Assembly (NCBI GenBank): GCA_040954595.2
Contig: CM082586.2
Location: 6,789,337 to 6,853,336 of the forward strand
Direction: 5' to 3'
DNA from: Balanoglossus misakiensis
Taxonomy: Eukaryota > Animalia > Hemichordata
Length of the DNA stretch: 64,000 nt
Made by a program: the position numbers and the translations under genes. Below, piece after piece: positions 62,500 to 64,000 of the stretch; the first letter of the stretch is position 1, and each line of letters starts with the position of its first letter. The notes beneath the pieces are model-generated. The model saw nothing but the letters and a program-made list of their open reading frames with translations. It was not told the DNA's origin and did no database searches.

Positions 62500-64000
62500 G
62501 ACAGACTGGCAGATACTAAGATACATGTATACACATAGTTTTCACCTCCCCAACTTACTGATGGAAGAAAACCTTTAGACATATTTTGGGGTTGACTCAA
62601 TATTAATTGATTGCTACACGGTACTTATCCTAGGTTAATTACAACATCAAAATTGATGATAAAGATATTAATGGTTCGTTAGAGTTGTTTGTTGTTGGTC
62701 GTCCCTAAGGACATGCTTAAAAATTAAAGACTCGTCAATGACTGGCGTGTTTTAATCTATATCCAATCAATTCGGTTAAATATTTTTTTTATAAATTCCC
62801 TCTGTTAATTCTACACATTCACTCTTCTGTTTGGTTCAACAATCTAATTAATGATTCGTGTACGACAAATGAAGATGAGGGCCTCCACAGCACACACATA
62901 CATATATATGTACTTTGTTTCTAGCATTTACTGGTGTTCGTAGGAAATTGAATAAGTTATGGAATATCGGATTTCTTTAGGACTGTTAGAGGTTTTGTGT
63001 GTTAAGTGTTTTTGGCTCGGGTAGATTGGCTGCATAGGTACAAGGCCTGGCTGTCAACATTTTACGATGACACAAAGTCGCTTGCATAACTGTCTGTGCA
63101 GTATTATATGTCTGTACTCTGCACAACGTTACCAAAGAATCCAGGGAAAGAGGGACATGTCACACCCTCCTCCCCCTCACGACGCTAGTTTCTTGCCCCC
63201 CTGCACGCGCCATTTTGACCTTTCGCTATACATCATGTGCAACGTGAGGCGATGCACACGTGCCGTCCGTAACTTTACTTGTTGTCGTGGTTACGTTCAT
63301 TACCGGCAAACAGGCTACCTATTTCGGTGGTCGTCTCTCCGGAGCCGTTTATCTATTCAGAAATAACCCGAGATGGGCATGATCTAATTATCAATATGTC
63401 GGCGCGGTAAATTAGATTTCAATCTCTGCACGTACACGCGCACAAGCTGCTAAAGATTTGGTCAGTGAAATTTGGCGTTGACACAGACAGAGTTAATTTT
63501 CCTCATATGACAAATTAAAATGATAATCAATTCACGGTCGTGCATCACGTGCAAGACGATTTTAGTACAGGCAAGACTGATTTTTACATAAAGGTCGTCA
63601 GTCGGACTGGGTATCTGCCAATAAAGTGGCCATCAGCGCTCTTGAATAAAAACTGAGTCAATACGTACAGCAAAAAATGCACACTCAGCTGTATTAGAGA
63701 AATCATAAGAAATTCGACAAAGGAAATTTGTGGTTCATAGGAACCGTCTCGTGCGTCACTGCGCATTGGGATATGCGCCTGCGTTACTGCGCATTGGGAT
63801 ATGCGCATGGGGATAGGTTGCCCTGACACCGGGTTTGTATTTGATAATTGTGCGCGGTTGCTTCCCCCCGCGGAAGGATGCAACACAGTTAAACAACAAC
63901 TGTTGCTAACAACAAATAAACTAAAAAGATGAGGGCGTTCTATAAGTAGCGCAGATTTGTCACAAAAATTGCCCCAGCGGGAGTTCGAGACTTTCAATAA

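Overview
Eukaryotic (animal) genomic DNA with GT-AG introns; repeat content and gene type suggest an invertebrate, possibly a deuterostome such as a hemichordate (inference only). The window has four parts. (1) Bases 1-8020 are a homogeneous 88-bp tandem satellite (~91 copies) that fades into degenerate copies. (2) A minus-strand MFS/SLC16 (MCT-like) transporter gene has 4 resolved coding exons at 8696-11120; its 5' end is unresolved. (3) A plus-strand 30-exon gene at 15590-48741, spliced by hand into one phase-consistent 4266-nt ORF (1421 aa), encodes signal peptide, 12 LDLa repeats, LRRNT + 7 LRR exons, hinge, a rhodopsin-type 7TM domain (GRL101/LGR type C), a Ser/Thr-rich linker with an RVxF motif, a degenerate protein-kinase-fold domain and a C-terminal YYV. 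(4) About 15 kb downstream shows no recognisable coding sequence. Microsatellites, TTAA-flanked TIR elements and foldback elements are scattered throughout. The main finding is the GPCR-pseudokinase fusion. All calls come from manual reading and translation; no searches were run, so novelty is unverified.
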